Assembly: GCF_009914755.1 (NCBI RefSeq)
Contig: NC_060929.1
Reading direction: 5' to 3' (one strand)
Length of the DNA: 64,000 bases
From: the human T2T-CHM13v2.0 reference genome, Homo sapiens
The notes beneath the pieces were generated by a model. That model had not been told where the DNA came from. It did not search any database and worked only from the letters and a program-made list of their open reading frames with translations. This document shows, piece after piece, positions 40,160 through 53,403 of the stretch. Both the position numbers and the translations under genes were made by a program. Every line of letters begins with the position of its first letter. Position 1 is the first letter of the stretch.

Positions 40160-40251
<92 letters not shown>

Positions 40252-40292
40252 CCTATTAGTTCTGTCCCTCTAAGAGAACCCTGACTAATACA
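39778..40292 (+). mobile_element. 5' LTR, MLT2A (MLT2A1-like)
   Basis: Starts (A)GTGATGGTTAATACTGAG and ends CTGACTAATACA. TATA-like AATATAAAG near 39947; internal (TATC)n. Confidence 0.9.
40159..40250. repeat. (TATC)n tetranucleotide STR within the 5' LTR
   Basis: About 22 TATC units with one TAT interruption. Confidence 0.97.
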
Positions 40293-40297
40293 GATTT

Positions 40298-40315
40298 TGG
40301 TACCAGAAGTGGTTC
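40298..40315 (+). promoter_or_regulatory. Primer-binding site (tRNA-Leu type)
   Basis: TGGTACCAGAAGTGGTTC begins 5 nt after the 5' LTR end, as is typical for HERV-L. Confidence 0.8.
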
Positions 40316-40359
40316 TAGAGGAACAGAATACTAATGATGGAGTTCTTTCATTGGTTTTG

Positions 40360-42100
40360 GGGTTTCTGGAGTTGGCTGCTTAATGATTAGACCCAAAAAT
40401 GCTAAGGACTCTACTTTTAATAGTATGGAGAACACTGATAGTCCTTGGCATGAGCTGTTTAGGGAGTTATCCAAAATAAATGCATTTGACACACTTGATT
40501 CATTGCTCATGAGAGGCAAGGAGTTTAGTGACTCTACACATAATACCTTTGACCATATGTGGAGAACCAAGGAACATAATAAAGCTGGTTGGTTGCCCCT
40601 AAATTCAGTGGAAAAAGTGATGAAAGAAAATTATGAACTCAAGGATTCTGTCTCCCAGCTTCAGAAGCAGATATTGAACCTCAAATCTGCTAGGATTGCC
40701 CTGACTGAGAGGCTTATCTCCTGTAGAAAAAGAACTGAAATTGTGGACAAACAGACACAAGCTCTTATCATGCTAGTGGCTGACCTGCAACAGAAGATGC
40801 ATGCACAGCCTCGCCAGGTGTCTATTGTTAAATGAAGGCATTGATTGGAAAAGAATAGGCCCCTGAAACTTGGAATGGGGATGTGTTGTTAAATGAAGGC
40901 ATTGATTGGAAAAGCATGGGACCCTGAAACTTGGAATGGGGATGTGTTGGAGGACCCTGATGAAGCTGAGGACACTGAGTTTGTAAACTCTGATGAAGTT
41001 TTTTTGCCAAAAGAAACAGCTTCCCCATCCCCAGTAGTGGCAATATCCTCTCCCTGACCCATGTTGCCATCAGCCTGTCCACCTTTGTCTGAAGAGATAA
41101 ACCCTGTGCTGCCTGAGGCAACAGTGATGGCCTCCTATTAGGCAGTTGCCAGGCAAGATAATGTTGATTCTCCTCAGGAGCCACCCCCAACACCTCTGTT
41201 TGCTTCTAGACCTATAACTAGACTAAAGTTCCAGTGGATCCCTAGAGGTGAGATTGAGAGTATGACCCATTAGGAAGTGCACTGTACTCAAAAAGAACTG
41301 TTTGAGTTCTCTGATTTATATAAATAACAATATGGAGAACAGGCATGGGAATGGATATAAAGGATGTGGGTTAATGGTGAAAGGAACATAGAGTTGGATC
41401 AGGCTGAATTTATTGATTTGGGCCCACTAAGTAAGGACTCTGCTTTTAGTGTTGCAGCTTGGGGAGTTAAAAAAAGGGTTCTAATCATTTATTTGCTTGG
41501 TTCACTAAAATATGGGTTAAAAGATGGCCCACTGTGAGTGAGCTGGAAATGTCTCATCTCGCTTGGTTTAATGTAGAGGAAGAAATCCAAAGATTTAGGG
41601 AGATTGGGATGGTGGCATAGATTACTCATGTTAGACCTACTCATCCCAGCTGGGAGGGCCCAGAAGATATACCCTTGACCAGGTATACCAGTTGCAAAAT
41701 AGATTTGTGAGGGCAGCACCCACATCTTTGAATAGCCCTGTAAATTCTCTTCTCTGTATGTCAGATCTTACAGTAGGATCCACAGCCACTCAACTACAAA
41801 ATTTAAATACAATGGTAACAGTTGGATCGTGAGGTGGCAGGAGCCAAGTGGCAGCACTCAACAATCAAAGGCAAGGTGGGAGTAGCTACCATAATGGACA
41901 GCAGAGGCAAAGTGGCAATCAGAATAATCTGACTCATGTAGAGCTCTGGCACTGGATAACTAATCGTAGTGTTTCTAGAAGTGAAATTGATAGGAAGACT
42001 ACTGCATTCCTACTTAAATTATACAAACAGAAAATTTCTAGGTTGAATGGACAAAAGACTAATTTGAATTACAAAAATAGAGAATCATGGCCCCTCAATT
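40360..42100 (+). pseudogene. gag: HERV-L gag (Fv1-related), disrupted
   Basis: ORF fragments SPWHELFRELSKINAFD...QKMHAQPRQVS and QRQGGSSYHNGQQRQSGNQNNLTHVELWHW; MHR-like GEQAWEWI near 41333; many stops. Confidence 0.85.
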
Positions 42101-42164
42101 AATTTCCGACTTGAGCCAGTTTACTGACCCAGAACCCCTTGAATGAAGGGGAGACCAGGACCCC

Positions 42165-42600
42165 TTGAGGAAGGACCCCACTGCATTACCAACAATTTAT
42201 GTGGTGAATCTTTCTCCCATTCTTCCCCAGGGAGACCTCTGGCCTTTTACCAGGGTAACTGTGCATTGGGAAAAGGGAAATGATCAGACACTTTGGGGAC
42301 TACTGGACACTGGCTCTGAGCTGACGTTGATTCCAGGGGACCCAAAATGTCACTGTGGTCCTCCAGTTAAAGTAGGAGCTTATAGAGGTCAGGTAATTAA
42401 TGGAGTTTTAGGTCAGGACTGACTTACAGTGGGTGAAGTGGGTCCCCGGATTCATCCTGTGGTAATTTCCCCAGTGCCAGAATGCATAATTGCCATAGAC
42501 ATACTTAGCAGCTGACAGAACCCCCACATTGGCTCCCTGACTGATAGGGTGAGGGCTATTATGGTGGGAAAAGCCAAATAGAAGTCATTAGAGCTGCCTC
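42165..42600 (+). pseudogene. pro: HERV-L aspartic protease, disrupted
   Basis: LLDTGSELTLIP active-site motif in ORF 42165-42422. Confidence 0.88.
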
Positions 42601-44350
42601 TACCTAGGAAAATAGTAAATCAAAAACAATATCGCATCCCTGGAGGGATTGCAGAGATTAGTACCACCATGAAGGGTTTGAAAGACACAGAGGTAGTGAT
42701 TCCCACCACATCTCTGTTCAACTCTCCCATTGAGCCTGTGCAGAAGACAGATGGATCTTGGAGAATGACAGTGGATTATTGTAAGCTTAACCAAGTGGTG
42801 ACTCCAATTGCAGCTGTTGTACCAGATGTGATTTCATTGCTTGAGCAAATTAACACATTTCCTGGTACCTGGTATGCAGCCACTGGCTTGGCAAGTGCCT
42901 TTTTCTCCATCTCTATCCATAAGGCCCATAAGAAGCAATTTGACTTCAACTGGCAAGGCCAGCAATATACCTTTACAGTCCTACCTCAGGGGCATATCAA
43001 CTTTCCAGCTTTGCATCATAATCTTATTTGGAAAGATCTTGATTGCTTTTTGCTTTCACAAGATATCACACTGGTCCATTACATTGATGACATTATGCTG
43101 ATTGGATCTGGTGAGCAAGAAGTAGCAAACACACTGGACTTATTGGTGAGACATTTGCGTGCCAGAGGATGGGCAATTAATCTGACTAAAATTCAGAGAC
43201 CTTCTACCTCAGTAAAATTTCTAGGGTTCCAGTGGTGTGGAGCCTGTCGAGATATTCCTTCTAAGATAAAGGATAAGTTCCTGCATTTGGCTCCTCCTAT
43301 AACCAAGAAAGAGGCATAATGCCTAGTGGGCCTATTTGGATTTTGGAGGCAACACATCCCTCGTTTGGGTGTGTTACTCCAGCCCATTTATTGAGTGACC
43401 CAAAAGGCTTCGAGTTTTGAGTGGGGACCAGAACAGGTGAAGGCTCTGCAACAAGTCCAGGCTGTTGTGCAAGCTGCTTTGCCACTTGGGCCATACGACC
43501 CAGAAGATCCAGTGGTGCTTGATGTGTCAGTGGCAAATAGGGATGCTGTTTGGATCCTTTGGCAGGCCCCCATAAGTGAATCACAATGGAGGCCTCTATG
43601 CTTTTGGAGCAAGTCCCTGCCATCTTCTGCAGATAATTACTCTCCTTTTGAGAGACAGCTCTTGGCCTGTTATTGGACTTCGGTGGAAACTGAACATTTG
43701 ACCATGGGTCATCAAGTCACCATGTGACCTGAACTGCCTGCCTATGATCAACTGGGTGCTTTCTGACCCACTTAGCCATAAAATGAGCTATGCACAGCAG
43801 TATTCCATCCTCAAATGGAAGTAGTATCTATGTGATCAGGCTCGAGCAGGTCCTGAAGGCACGAGTAAGTTACATGAGGAAGTGACTCAAATGCCCATTG
43901 TCTCTACTCCTGCTACCCTGCCTTCTGTCCCCCCGCCTGCACCGATGGCCTCATGGGGAGTTCCCTATAATCAGTTGACGGAGGAAGAGAAGACTAGGGC
44001 CTGGTTCACAAATAGTTCTTCATGATATGCACACACCACCCGAAAGTGGACAGTTGCAGCACTACAGCCCCTTTCTAGGACTTCCCTGAAGGACAGCAGT
44101 GAAGGGAAATCTTTCCAGTGGTCAGAACTTTGAGCAGTGCACCTGGTTGTGCACTTTGCATGGAAGGAGAAATGGCCAGATGTGTGATTATATGCTGATT
44201 CATGGGCTGTAGCCAATGGTTTGGCTGGATGGTCAGGAACTTGGAAGAAGCATGATTGGGAAATCGGTGACAAGGAAGTTTGGGGAAGAGGTATGTGGAT
44301 GGACCTCTCTGGGTGGTCAAAAATTGTGAAGATATTTGTATCCCATGTAA
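42601..44350 (+). pseudogene. pol: HERV-L reverse transcriptase, connection and RNase H, disrupted
   Basis: DGSWRMTVDYCKLNQ, TVLPQG and HYIDDIML motifs (216-aa ORF 42669-43319); NYSPFERQLLACYW in the connection region; degenerate RNase H at about 43990-44340. Confidence 0.92.
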
Positions 44351-45096
44351 GTGACCTCAGCAGAGGAGGATTTTAATAATCAAGTGGATAGGATGATCCT
44401 GAGTGTGGACACCACTCAGCCTCTTTCCCCAGCCACCCCTGTCATCACTGAATGGGCCCATGAACAAAGTCGCCATGGTGGCAGGGATGGAAGTTATGCA
44501 TGGGCTCAGCAACATGGGCTTCCACTCACGAAGGCTGACCTGGCTATGGCCACTGCTGAGTGCCCAATTTGCCAGCAGCAGAGACCAACACTGAGCCCTC
44601 GATATGGCACTATTCCTTGGGGTGATCAGCCAGATGCTTGGTAGCAGGTTGATTATATCGGACCTCCTCTATCATGGAAAGGGCAGACGTTTGACCTTAC
44701 TGGAATAGACACTTACTCTGGATATGGGTTTGCCTATCCTGCACGCAACACTTTTTCCAAGACTACCATCCATGGACTCAAAGAATGCCTTATCCACCAT
44801 CATGGTATTCCATCCAGCATTGCCTCTGATCAAGGCACTCGCTTTTTGCCTAAAGAAGTGCAAAATGGGCTCGTGCTCATGGAATTCACTGGTCTTACCA
44901 TGTTCCCCATTATCCTGAAGCAGCTGGATTGATAGAAAGGTGGAATGGCATTTTGAAGTCACAATGCCAACTAGGTAACAATACTTTGCAGGGCTGGAGT
45001 GAAGTTCTCCAGAAGACCATGTAAGGTCTGAATCACTGTCCAATATATGGTACTGTTTCTCCCATAGCTAGGATTCACAGGTCCAGGAATCAAGGG
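44351..45096 (+). pseudogene. pol: HERV-L integrase, disrupted
   Basis: HEQSRH...CPIC zinc finger; core motifs QVDYIG, GIDTYSG, IASDQGT and IERWNGILK split by a stop and frameshifts. Confidence 0.88.
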
Positions 45097-45500
45097 GTGG
45101 AAGTGGCACCACCCACCATCACCCCTAGTGATCCACTAGCAAAATTTTTGCTTCCTGTTCCCACGACATTATGTTCTGCTGGCCTAGCAGTCTTAGTTCC
45201 AGAGGGAGGAATGCTGCCACCAGGAGATGCAACAATGATTCCATTAAACTGGAAGTTAAGATTGCCACCTGGACAGTTTGGGCTCCTCCTACATTTAAGT
45301 CAACAGGCTAAGAAGGGAGTTACAGTGTTAGTTGGGATGACTGACCCAGACTATCAAGATGAAATCAGTCTACTACTCCACAACAGAAGAAAGGAAGAGT
45401 ATGCATGGAATACATGATATCCATTAGGGTGTCTCTTAATACTACCATACCCTGTGATTAAGGTAAATGGGAAACTACAACAGCACAATCCAGGTATGAC
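45097..45500 (+). pseudogene. dut: HERV-L dUTPase downstream of integrase
   Basis: IPLNWKLRLPPGQFGLL...KKGVTVLVGMTDPDYQDEISLLLHN matches dUTPase motifs; the post-IN position is diagnostic of ERV-L. Confidence 0.85.
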
Positions 45501-45957
45501 TCCAAATGGCTCAGACTTCTCAGGAATGAAGATTTGGGTCACTCCACCAGGAGAAAAACCATGACCTGCTGAGGTGCTTGCTGAAGGCAAAGGGAATACA
45601 GAATGGGTAGTAGAAGAAGGTAGTCATCAATACCAGCTACGACCACGTGAACCAGCTGCAGAAATGAGGACTGTAACTGTCATGACTATTTCCTTCTTCT
45701 TTTGTTAAAAACATGTTTGCACATGTAAACACTTGTACTAAGAAAATATCTTCATTTTATTTCCTTTTCATTTATCATGTAACATAAGATTTATTGGCCT
45801 CATGTCAGCATTTAAGTACTGTTAACTGTATGTAATAGTATTTGGGTTGGGGATTGGTGCATTTCCAGTTGCATGAAGGACGGTTGGATTATGTTAGGCA
45901 TAATTATGACCTCATTATTGCCTTTATTTGAATATTATGCATGTGTATGGGTTCACA

Positions 45958-46306
45958 CTGAGTCAGTGTGCTGGGGAAGGCAGATCCACCCTTAATCTGG
46001 TGGGCACAATCTAATCAGCTTCCAGAGAATATAAAGCAGACAGGAAAATATGTAAAAAAGAGAGATGGGCCTAGCCTCCCAGACTACATCTTTCTCCATG
46101 CTGGATGCTTCCTGCCCTCAAACATCGGACTCCAAGTTCTTCAGTTTGGGGACTTGGGTTGGTTCTCCTTGCTCCTCAGCTTTCAGACAGCCTATTGTGG
46201 GACCTTGTGATTGCACATATATATGTGTATACATATGTGTGTGTATATATGGTGTACATATATATCCTATTAGTTTTGTCCCTATAAAAGAATGCTGACT
46301 AATACA
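45958..46306 (+). mobile_element. 3' LTR, MLT2A, 5'-truncated
   Basis: Aligns to the 5' LTR from GAGTCAGTG (about 39879) onward and ends CTGACTAATACA. The first about 100 bp are missing. Confidence 0.9.
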
Positions 46307-46975
46307 GTGTGTTACTGGGAGATGGCAATTGATAACTTCTAAATCTGCAATGACTCGTCTGTAAGAGAGAAATAAGATAATGGCTATCCTTCAACCATAT
46401 CCTGCAATACTACCCTCCTTTCAGAAATCAAGGACAAGTCAATACTTACACCAGAAAGATATTTTTATTAAAAAAAAACTCCTCTGTATATGGTAAAATT
46501 GATTGTTTTTTGATTGACACCACATTTTACTCTTGTACACTTTTTTGGTTTTATCATTGCTGTAGGCAATAGAGAGGAAATTGCTCTGTAATATTATCCC
46601 TCTGTATTTGACAATAAAATCCAAGAAAAATAAAGTCTTCCTCCAGTACAGTGAGTTAGGTGATTGAGATGAAAATTCCCAGTTTTATGGGTAGGTAGAG
46701 TTATGAATCATGGGTGCTGTTACCAAAAAAAGCTACATTTTTAAGACCAGGATAGGAAATTCTTACATAAAATTCTCTCGTCTTATGCAGCCTTGATTAT
46801 ATGAAACAAAGAAACCAAAATTCCTGTTTTTTTTTTGAAAAGTTTTGAGACATAGTAAAATGGTTTTTATTTGCCACAATATTTTTTTACAACTGATAAA
46901 AAAATTTTTTCAATATAATTCTTATTTACCCCAAAACTAATCCACCGACTTGACTTAATAGCTATCTTTTTTTCG

Positions 46976-47293
<318 letters not shown>

Positions 47294-48374
47294 TCAGTTG
47301 AGTATAATATTCTTGTTCTACTTTTGTATCCTTAATAACCCACTTTGAGCAATTAGTGGAGGAAAAACCGTATTTGTATTCTGCACTCAGTGGGGCCATT
47401 TATATTTGGACATCATCATATCTGGTAGTTCACTGACAGTAGAACCAGATGGTAAAATTGATTCTCTTCTTATTTCTTTTACAAAATTCATCACAATCTT
47501 ATAGATATTACAATAAGCTTCAGTGGTAGTGTTGATCTTGATTTCATCAACAGGAGGTACATTTGTATGTACGTCTGTGTGTCTGTGTGTGCAACCAGAA
47601 TGGCAGCCTTTCAGAGTAATTACATATTCTCTAGATTCCTAGAGTCGCTTTTCCTTTAGTATTGAAGCAAAAAATTTATTCAGTTATCTTCTCACATATT
47701 ATTGGAAACCTATCATATTTTCCCATAGCTATGCTGATTCCTGTTGAGTTTGATCAGTGGGGGGATGTCACTTGCATTTTTTCTGATCGCTTCTGACTTC
47801 TAGTTCTTGCTCTGTTGAATTACAAAGTTCTTCTCAACCTTTCATTTCCTACCTGTAAGGCCATATTTCACTGTGCTTTACACTGTCCAAACTGTTTACT
47901 ACTAAAGTCCTCTGAGTCTAGAATATGTGCATAGCAGACTTTCCTGAAGGACTTGGGGGACTAAAGGAGAATTATATAAAATAGGCAACATACTTGATGT
48001 AATCTAACCTTCAGTGTTAGACAGCCTTGGTCTTAAAAGTCACTTAATCATTCTCATCGCAGTTAATCATCATTGGTTATATATTTGACTTTGCCTTCAG
48101 CCTATTGCCATGCTGTTGGACTTCCCTTTCTTCCTTCAACTGTTTTCCCTCTCTCTTCAGCTTGCTAATCTCTAACCCAAAATTCCTGTTCATTTCTTCT
48201 ATAGAATAGTTTATTCATATCCTTGAGTTGAAGAATATTAACAAGAATGGCTATACTCAGCTTTGCTCTGAAGTTCTTATCTCTGTTGCCAGAATACCCC
48301 TTGATATAATTTATATGGTCAACTCATAACTTAAAATGTTTTTCTAAAGAATGATACATACTAAAAATATTATA

Positions 48375-48600
48375 GAATAAATGATATGTCTGGGGCTTCC
48401 TTGAAAATAATCTGAGGGAGAAGAATGGGTAAACATAGAGGTGAAATGATATTGACTATGGGTTGTTTTGTCAATATTGTTGTGCTATATCAATATTGAC
48501 CATAAGTGTTGAAGCTAGGTGATAGGTGCATGGGGGTCCATTATATTTGTTTACTTTACTTTTGTATATACTTAAAATGCTCCATAATAACAAGCTAAAT
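48375..48600 (+). mobile_element. Old L1M 3' end
   Basis: GTTGAAGCTAGGTGATAGGTGCATGGGGGTCCATTATA...TACTTTTGTATATACTTAAAATGCTCCATAATAA. Confidence 0.65.
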
Positions 48601-48789
48601 TTTTTTCTACTATGTATTGTAATACGTAGTATATGTTCTATAAATAATAGATAATTATGTAGATAATTACTATAAGCCAATGTAAGAAATTAATAGACTA
48701 AAACTCAGGGTAAAAGCAAATATTGGAAGGGAGGCAAACTTAAGGGTACATTGAAAAAATTGTACGGAGAGATGCAATGATAACAAATA

Positions 48790-49745
48790 TACTTGTTAGC
48801 TTCCAGGGCACAAAAAATTACCAAAACTTAGTGGCTGAAAACATCAGACGTTCATTATCCCAAAGCTGTGGGTCAGGAATCGGGGCAAAGTTTAAGTGGA
48901 TTTCTCAGGATCAAGATGCTTTGCAAGGGTGTCATGAAGTTGTTGGCTGGAGCACCAATCATACGAGGCTGGGCTAGATGAATATCCACTTCCACAAACA
49001 CATTTATGTAATTCTTGGCAGGTCTCAGATCCTCGCTGGCTGTTGTCCAAAGACATCAGTTTCTTGTTCACATGGTTCTCTCCATAGGGAAACTCTACAA
49101 CATGAGAGAGATTTCCCTTAAAGAGTGATTGAGGGAGGAACTCCAGGTAGAAGCCACAGTCTTTTTGTAATCTAATCTCAGGTGACAGACACTTGCTTCT
49201 TCTATATTCTACTTTTTAGAAGTATGTCAATAAGTTAGGAGGAGGGTATCATTTGGGGCCATGTTAGAGGGTGCCCACCATAGTCTGCACTTTGGGCCTC
49301 AATAATTTACCTTTCTCTCACATTCCAAATACATTCATTCCCTCCCAAGGTCCCCAAAGTCTCATGTCATTATAGCTATCAGCTCAAAGTCCAGGATCTC
49401 ATCAACTAAGTCAGATCCCGGTACGGATGAGATTTCTCAGGGTGAGTTCCAAAGTTCAGCTCCTTATATGGATTCTCTTACTATAGAGACCTATGAAAAT
49501 AGAAATCCAGGTTCTCTGCTTCTCACACATCAATATACTATGGTGAAACAGGTATAGGATAAACACTATAAATATTCCTTCAAAAACAGGGAAAATGCAG
49601 GGGTTGGGCACAAAGGAGTCTCTGATCCATAACAATTCTGAAATCTAACTGGGCAAATGTTGGAAATTCCTTAATTAGGTCTTAAGGCCTAGCAATAATT
49701 CTTTGTGGCTGTTGGCTCTGTCCTCTGGAATTATACTGTCAGCCC
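48790..49745 (-). mobile_element. MaLR MLT1 LTR plus adjacent internal sequence
   Basis: TTACCAAAACTTAGTGGCTGAAA...GGGGCCATGTTAGAGGGTGCCCACCA (LTR) followed by MLT1-int-like sequence. Confidence 0.6.
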
Positions 49746-49759
49746 AGGCTCCTATCTAT

Positions 49760-49970
49760 ATACCACCAGCTGGATGCCTTAAACAACAGAAATTTATTTT
49801 CCCACACTTCTGGAGGCCAGAAGTCCAGGATCAAGGTGTCAGCAAGGAGGTGTTTCTTCCTGGCTTGCAGATGGCTGCCTCCTCACTGTGTCCTCAGATG
49901 GTCTTTCCTCTGTGTGTGTGCAGAGAAAGAGGGGAGAGAGAGCGAGAGAGAGCACGCGCGTGAGAGAGAG
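49760..49970 (-). mobile_element. MLT1A-like LTR fragment ending in GA-rich repeat
   Basis: TTAAACAACAGAAATTTATTT...TCTGGAGGCCAGAAGTCCAGGATCAAGGTGTCAGCA...CTGGCTTGCAGATGGCTGCC. Confidence 0.7.
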
Positions 49971-52900
49971 GTAAGACCGGTACAGCATGAACATAGAGAT
50001 TAGAGGAACAATTTTATATATTATTCATACCAATCATCGTAATAATTTCCCAGGATGCCTTTCTTGTAGGTGAAGGTAAAGCCACTAAAAATTCCACGGG
50101 ATAAATCAAAATCATGTTGTCTAGAACTTAAAGAATTATATAATGGTACTATTATTCGATTATACTTTTTATCTAATACAACCTTGATTTTGTTAATATT
50201 CCATCTACTCATTTATTCAACAAACTATTGTTAACCAGTTACTAATTGCTAGGCATTGAGGTTACCTTAAAAGAGCTAGCAAATTTTAGTTTCTAATTCT
50301 ATAGGGTGATTTAATTTTCTATGTAAGAAAGTACCTTAACTGAAATAATTTTTTCAGGCTTTTTGTAGACTTCCTAAATAGTTCCATTTTTGTAAATAGT
50401 TTGAAAAAATAATTTTTTCATGAACATGTTTAAAAGCTAGAAGAGCAATTGAAATTTTCTAAATATATGAATATTTTTAAATTTAGATTTTAAATACGTA
50501 TTGGCTTTTTCACATCTGGCAGAGAAGATACTTGTGGTTTACAGTGAAACAGGTAGCTCAGTGATTTATACTCTTTAAAGGTGACTGTCCCTGTGGAAGA
50601 CTCAATAAGAGAAGGAATGATGCTCAGAAATCCCCTGGCTCGCTGTCGCCTGAATCAAGAGCTACATTTTAATATTAGCGCTTGGAAGATAAACGCTGCA
50701 GCCTCCAAGGGAGATGATCCTCACTGGGTATCAAATGACTCCAAGTGGGAGAACAGAGAAACGACTCAGCTGTTGACAAGCAGAGCTAAGTAAATATTTA
50801 CGCCAGAAATGTGCACATTTGCTATAATAACATCACCCCTACTCAGCCACCCCAATAGATAAATAGATATTTTAGATTCCTCCCAGGAATATGGCATTCG
50901 TGGGATATTATTTTAAGTTATGTAGCTTTTGATGGGATGTTAAAGAAGATTTCTGTACAGACAAATATACTACATACCTGATAATTCCTTGGCTAATTTA
51001 ACAGAGCCCCAGCCAATGTTCTTTGTGGTCAGAGGCCATCACTTGACTAGTCTAAAATATCACCAACAAGTCTCTTCTAGTCAGCATGCTCTGCTCTTCT
51101 AATGCCTGGTACAGAGAGGTGCTCTGCCCCACTGGGAGAATATTACTCAATATTAGGAATGACCTGATATCCTACATTCATTTTGACAAATGAAATATTG
51201 TCCTAGAGTCCTTTTGCAGTTCCATCTTCTAGGCCATTACTGAAGGCATGGTGTTCAGAAACCCAATTACCTTTTTTTTCCCCTTTGCTAGAAATGCCAC
51301 ACACATTGCCAATTTTCCTTCCAAAATTCAGAAGTGATACAACAATTAAAATGGATTTCTGTGTAGAAAGTGGTAGAGCCTAGCAGCTCAGCATTTCTTC
51401 ACTTAAAAGCTGAAAATTGTATTTTCAAATAGTCTTCGTATTAGAGGAGACTTTTGTAAGCCTGCTTTGATTCTTTGCCTTTGATTCTTTGAATACTGAG
51501 TTATCTTGGTTGGGATATTTTAGTTTGTTTAGTAAAGCCCACATTATCATTTTCTCGGTGTAGGGAAAAGTCTTAGTTAATTAAGCCACATCCATGAATT
51601 GGATCCATTTCAATTATTTTTGAGATGTGATGCAATAGCAAATGTTCTTTAGAAAAATAACATTATATGAGTCATAATCGAATTCTAAACCACCTGAAAC
51701 ATAACTAAGTGAATGAGGAAAATATGCCACTAGAAAGAAGCTGAAAAGTAGAAAATTTTTTCTTGAGTTTATAATTACTATAGACTCTTTGGCATGAAGT
51801 ATTGAACAAGTTACAAGAGCCTCAGTATGGCTAAGAATCTTTGTTTCACTGTAGCCTCATAAGAACAAAGGAGAGATTCCTAATTCACATGTGATGTTGT
51901 TCTTCATTTCTCGTGTTGTTTTTTTTAGAACTACCAGCAGTTTTTTTCAACCAGGTTAAAAAACAAAACAAACAGGCTCACTTTTGCCAGATATCTTAGA
52001 ATGAAGAAAACCACAGTGCAAGTCAGGCAAAATGAGAAATCTTGAATAACCATTTTTCATTGTGTAAGTTGCTGTGAGATTCTCTGGTTTTTATAATAAA
52101 CAGTGCATACAATGAATGGAAGAGAAAATACCAAGTGTCTCAGAAGTCCATCTCAGAAACTGTAAAATGAGAAAAAAAAACCTTCTAAAACTCTCCTAAT
52201 ATATCTCTCAGGACTGGAAGAACTATAACTATTTTAGGCCTGCCCTTCTGACCCCACTTTCTTTCTAGCAAGTCAACAGAATTCAATAATCAAATGCTTC
52301 AAATGATGCCAAAAAGTCTGACATAATACCCAAGCACAGTTATTGGAGTTACAGCTGGGGAGAGGCAGAAACCATAGGTGGGTCTTTGTTGAGTCTAGGT
52401 CTGATTCAAAAACAAGAGAAAAACCATAAAAGCATCAAGCTAAGAAGACAATTGTATGTTTGGCCTTCCTGTAGAGACAATGGTAGGACTATTAGACTTC
52501 CACATTGTTTCAAAGTGAGTTCCTGGATTTCCTGTATCATAATTTCCCTTTCTGAGACTTTCAGAGCCACCCATATTCAAGGACAAGGCATTGTAAAAAC
52601 AAGATTTAATTAGGGACCCAGGAGGTGGTGAAGATTTAGTATTACCCAATCAAATTAAATATTCTTCTGCAGCTTTTTATTTTCTTACAACTTAGCAAAG
52701 TTACTCAGAATATAAATAAATCTAATGGAGAATAAGCCCAAGTGATTAACTCAATAGTGGCAAATGCTATGACCTTCTCAGAGAGCACTTGGTTTTCCAC
52801 TTTTGTCTGAATCCATTTCAAGAAGAATTAAATTCAAAAATAATGTGGAAAATTGTTTGATCCAGTGTGCAAAAATTCAGGGTTCTTTCAGAAAGAATAA

Positions 52901-52994
52901 AATTGTGCCATATGTCTAAGAATTTACAGAAAACTATTTAAAGTTCTAAGTGTCCACTATGGAATAGCTAGGAAAGCACTGGGGTCTAGTTCTG

Positions 52995-53400
52995 GTTTCA
53001 TTCATTGACTCATTCACTGTCTCACCCATTTATTCTTTCCATAAATGTTTGTTGAGAACTACTATATGCTAGGACCTGTACTAGGCACTAGTGATACAAT
53101 GTTGATCAAAATCAGATTTTGTTCTCCAAAGTTTATTAGTCTAGAGAGGAGGAGGTATATGTTTCTAAATAGTTGCTATATTGTAGATTCAAAAGGAATA
53201 CGATGCTATGGGTGTAGACCTCAACCAATCTAGGCATCTAGGAAGGGTTCCTTGAAGAAGCAGGATTTAAGCTTTGATCTAAAGAATGAGTAGGAAGAGT
53301 TCATCATGTGAAGAAGGAAGGACATTCATGTAGAGGGAACAGCATATACAAAAATCATGGGGAAGCAGAGAGCACAGTATTTTGGAGACATTAAAGCCAG
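52995..53400 (-). mobile_element. L2 3' relic
   Basis: TTCATTCATT...TGTTTGTTGAGAACTACTATATGCTAGG...AGAGGGAACAGCATATACAAA. Confidence 0.65.
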
Positions 53401-53403
53401 TGT

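Larger units (their letters stand above)
39778..46306 (+). mobile_element. HERV-L (ERV-L) provirus with MLT2A LTRs, defective, no env
   Basis: Two related LTRs, a PBS, and fragmented gag, protease, RT, RNase H, integrase and dUTPase in canonical ERV-L order, with many stops and frameshifts. Confidence 0.96.

Noticed and set aside
40383-40835. 150-aa gag ORF as a domesticated Fv1-like gene
   Set aside because: It stops before the capsid/MHR region and the rest of gag is full of stops; nothing visible suggests selection.
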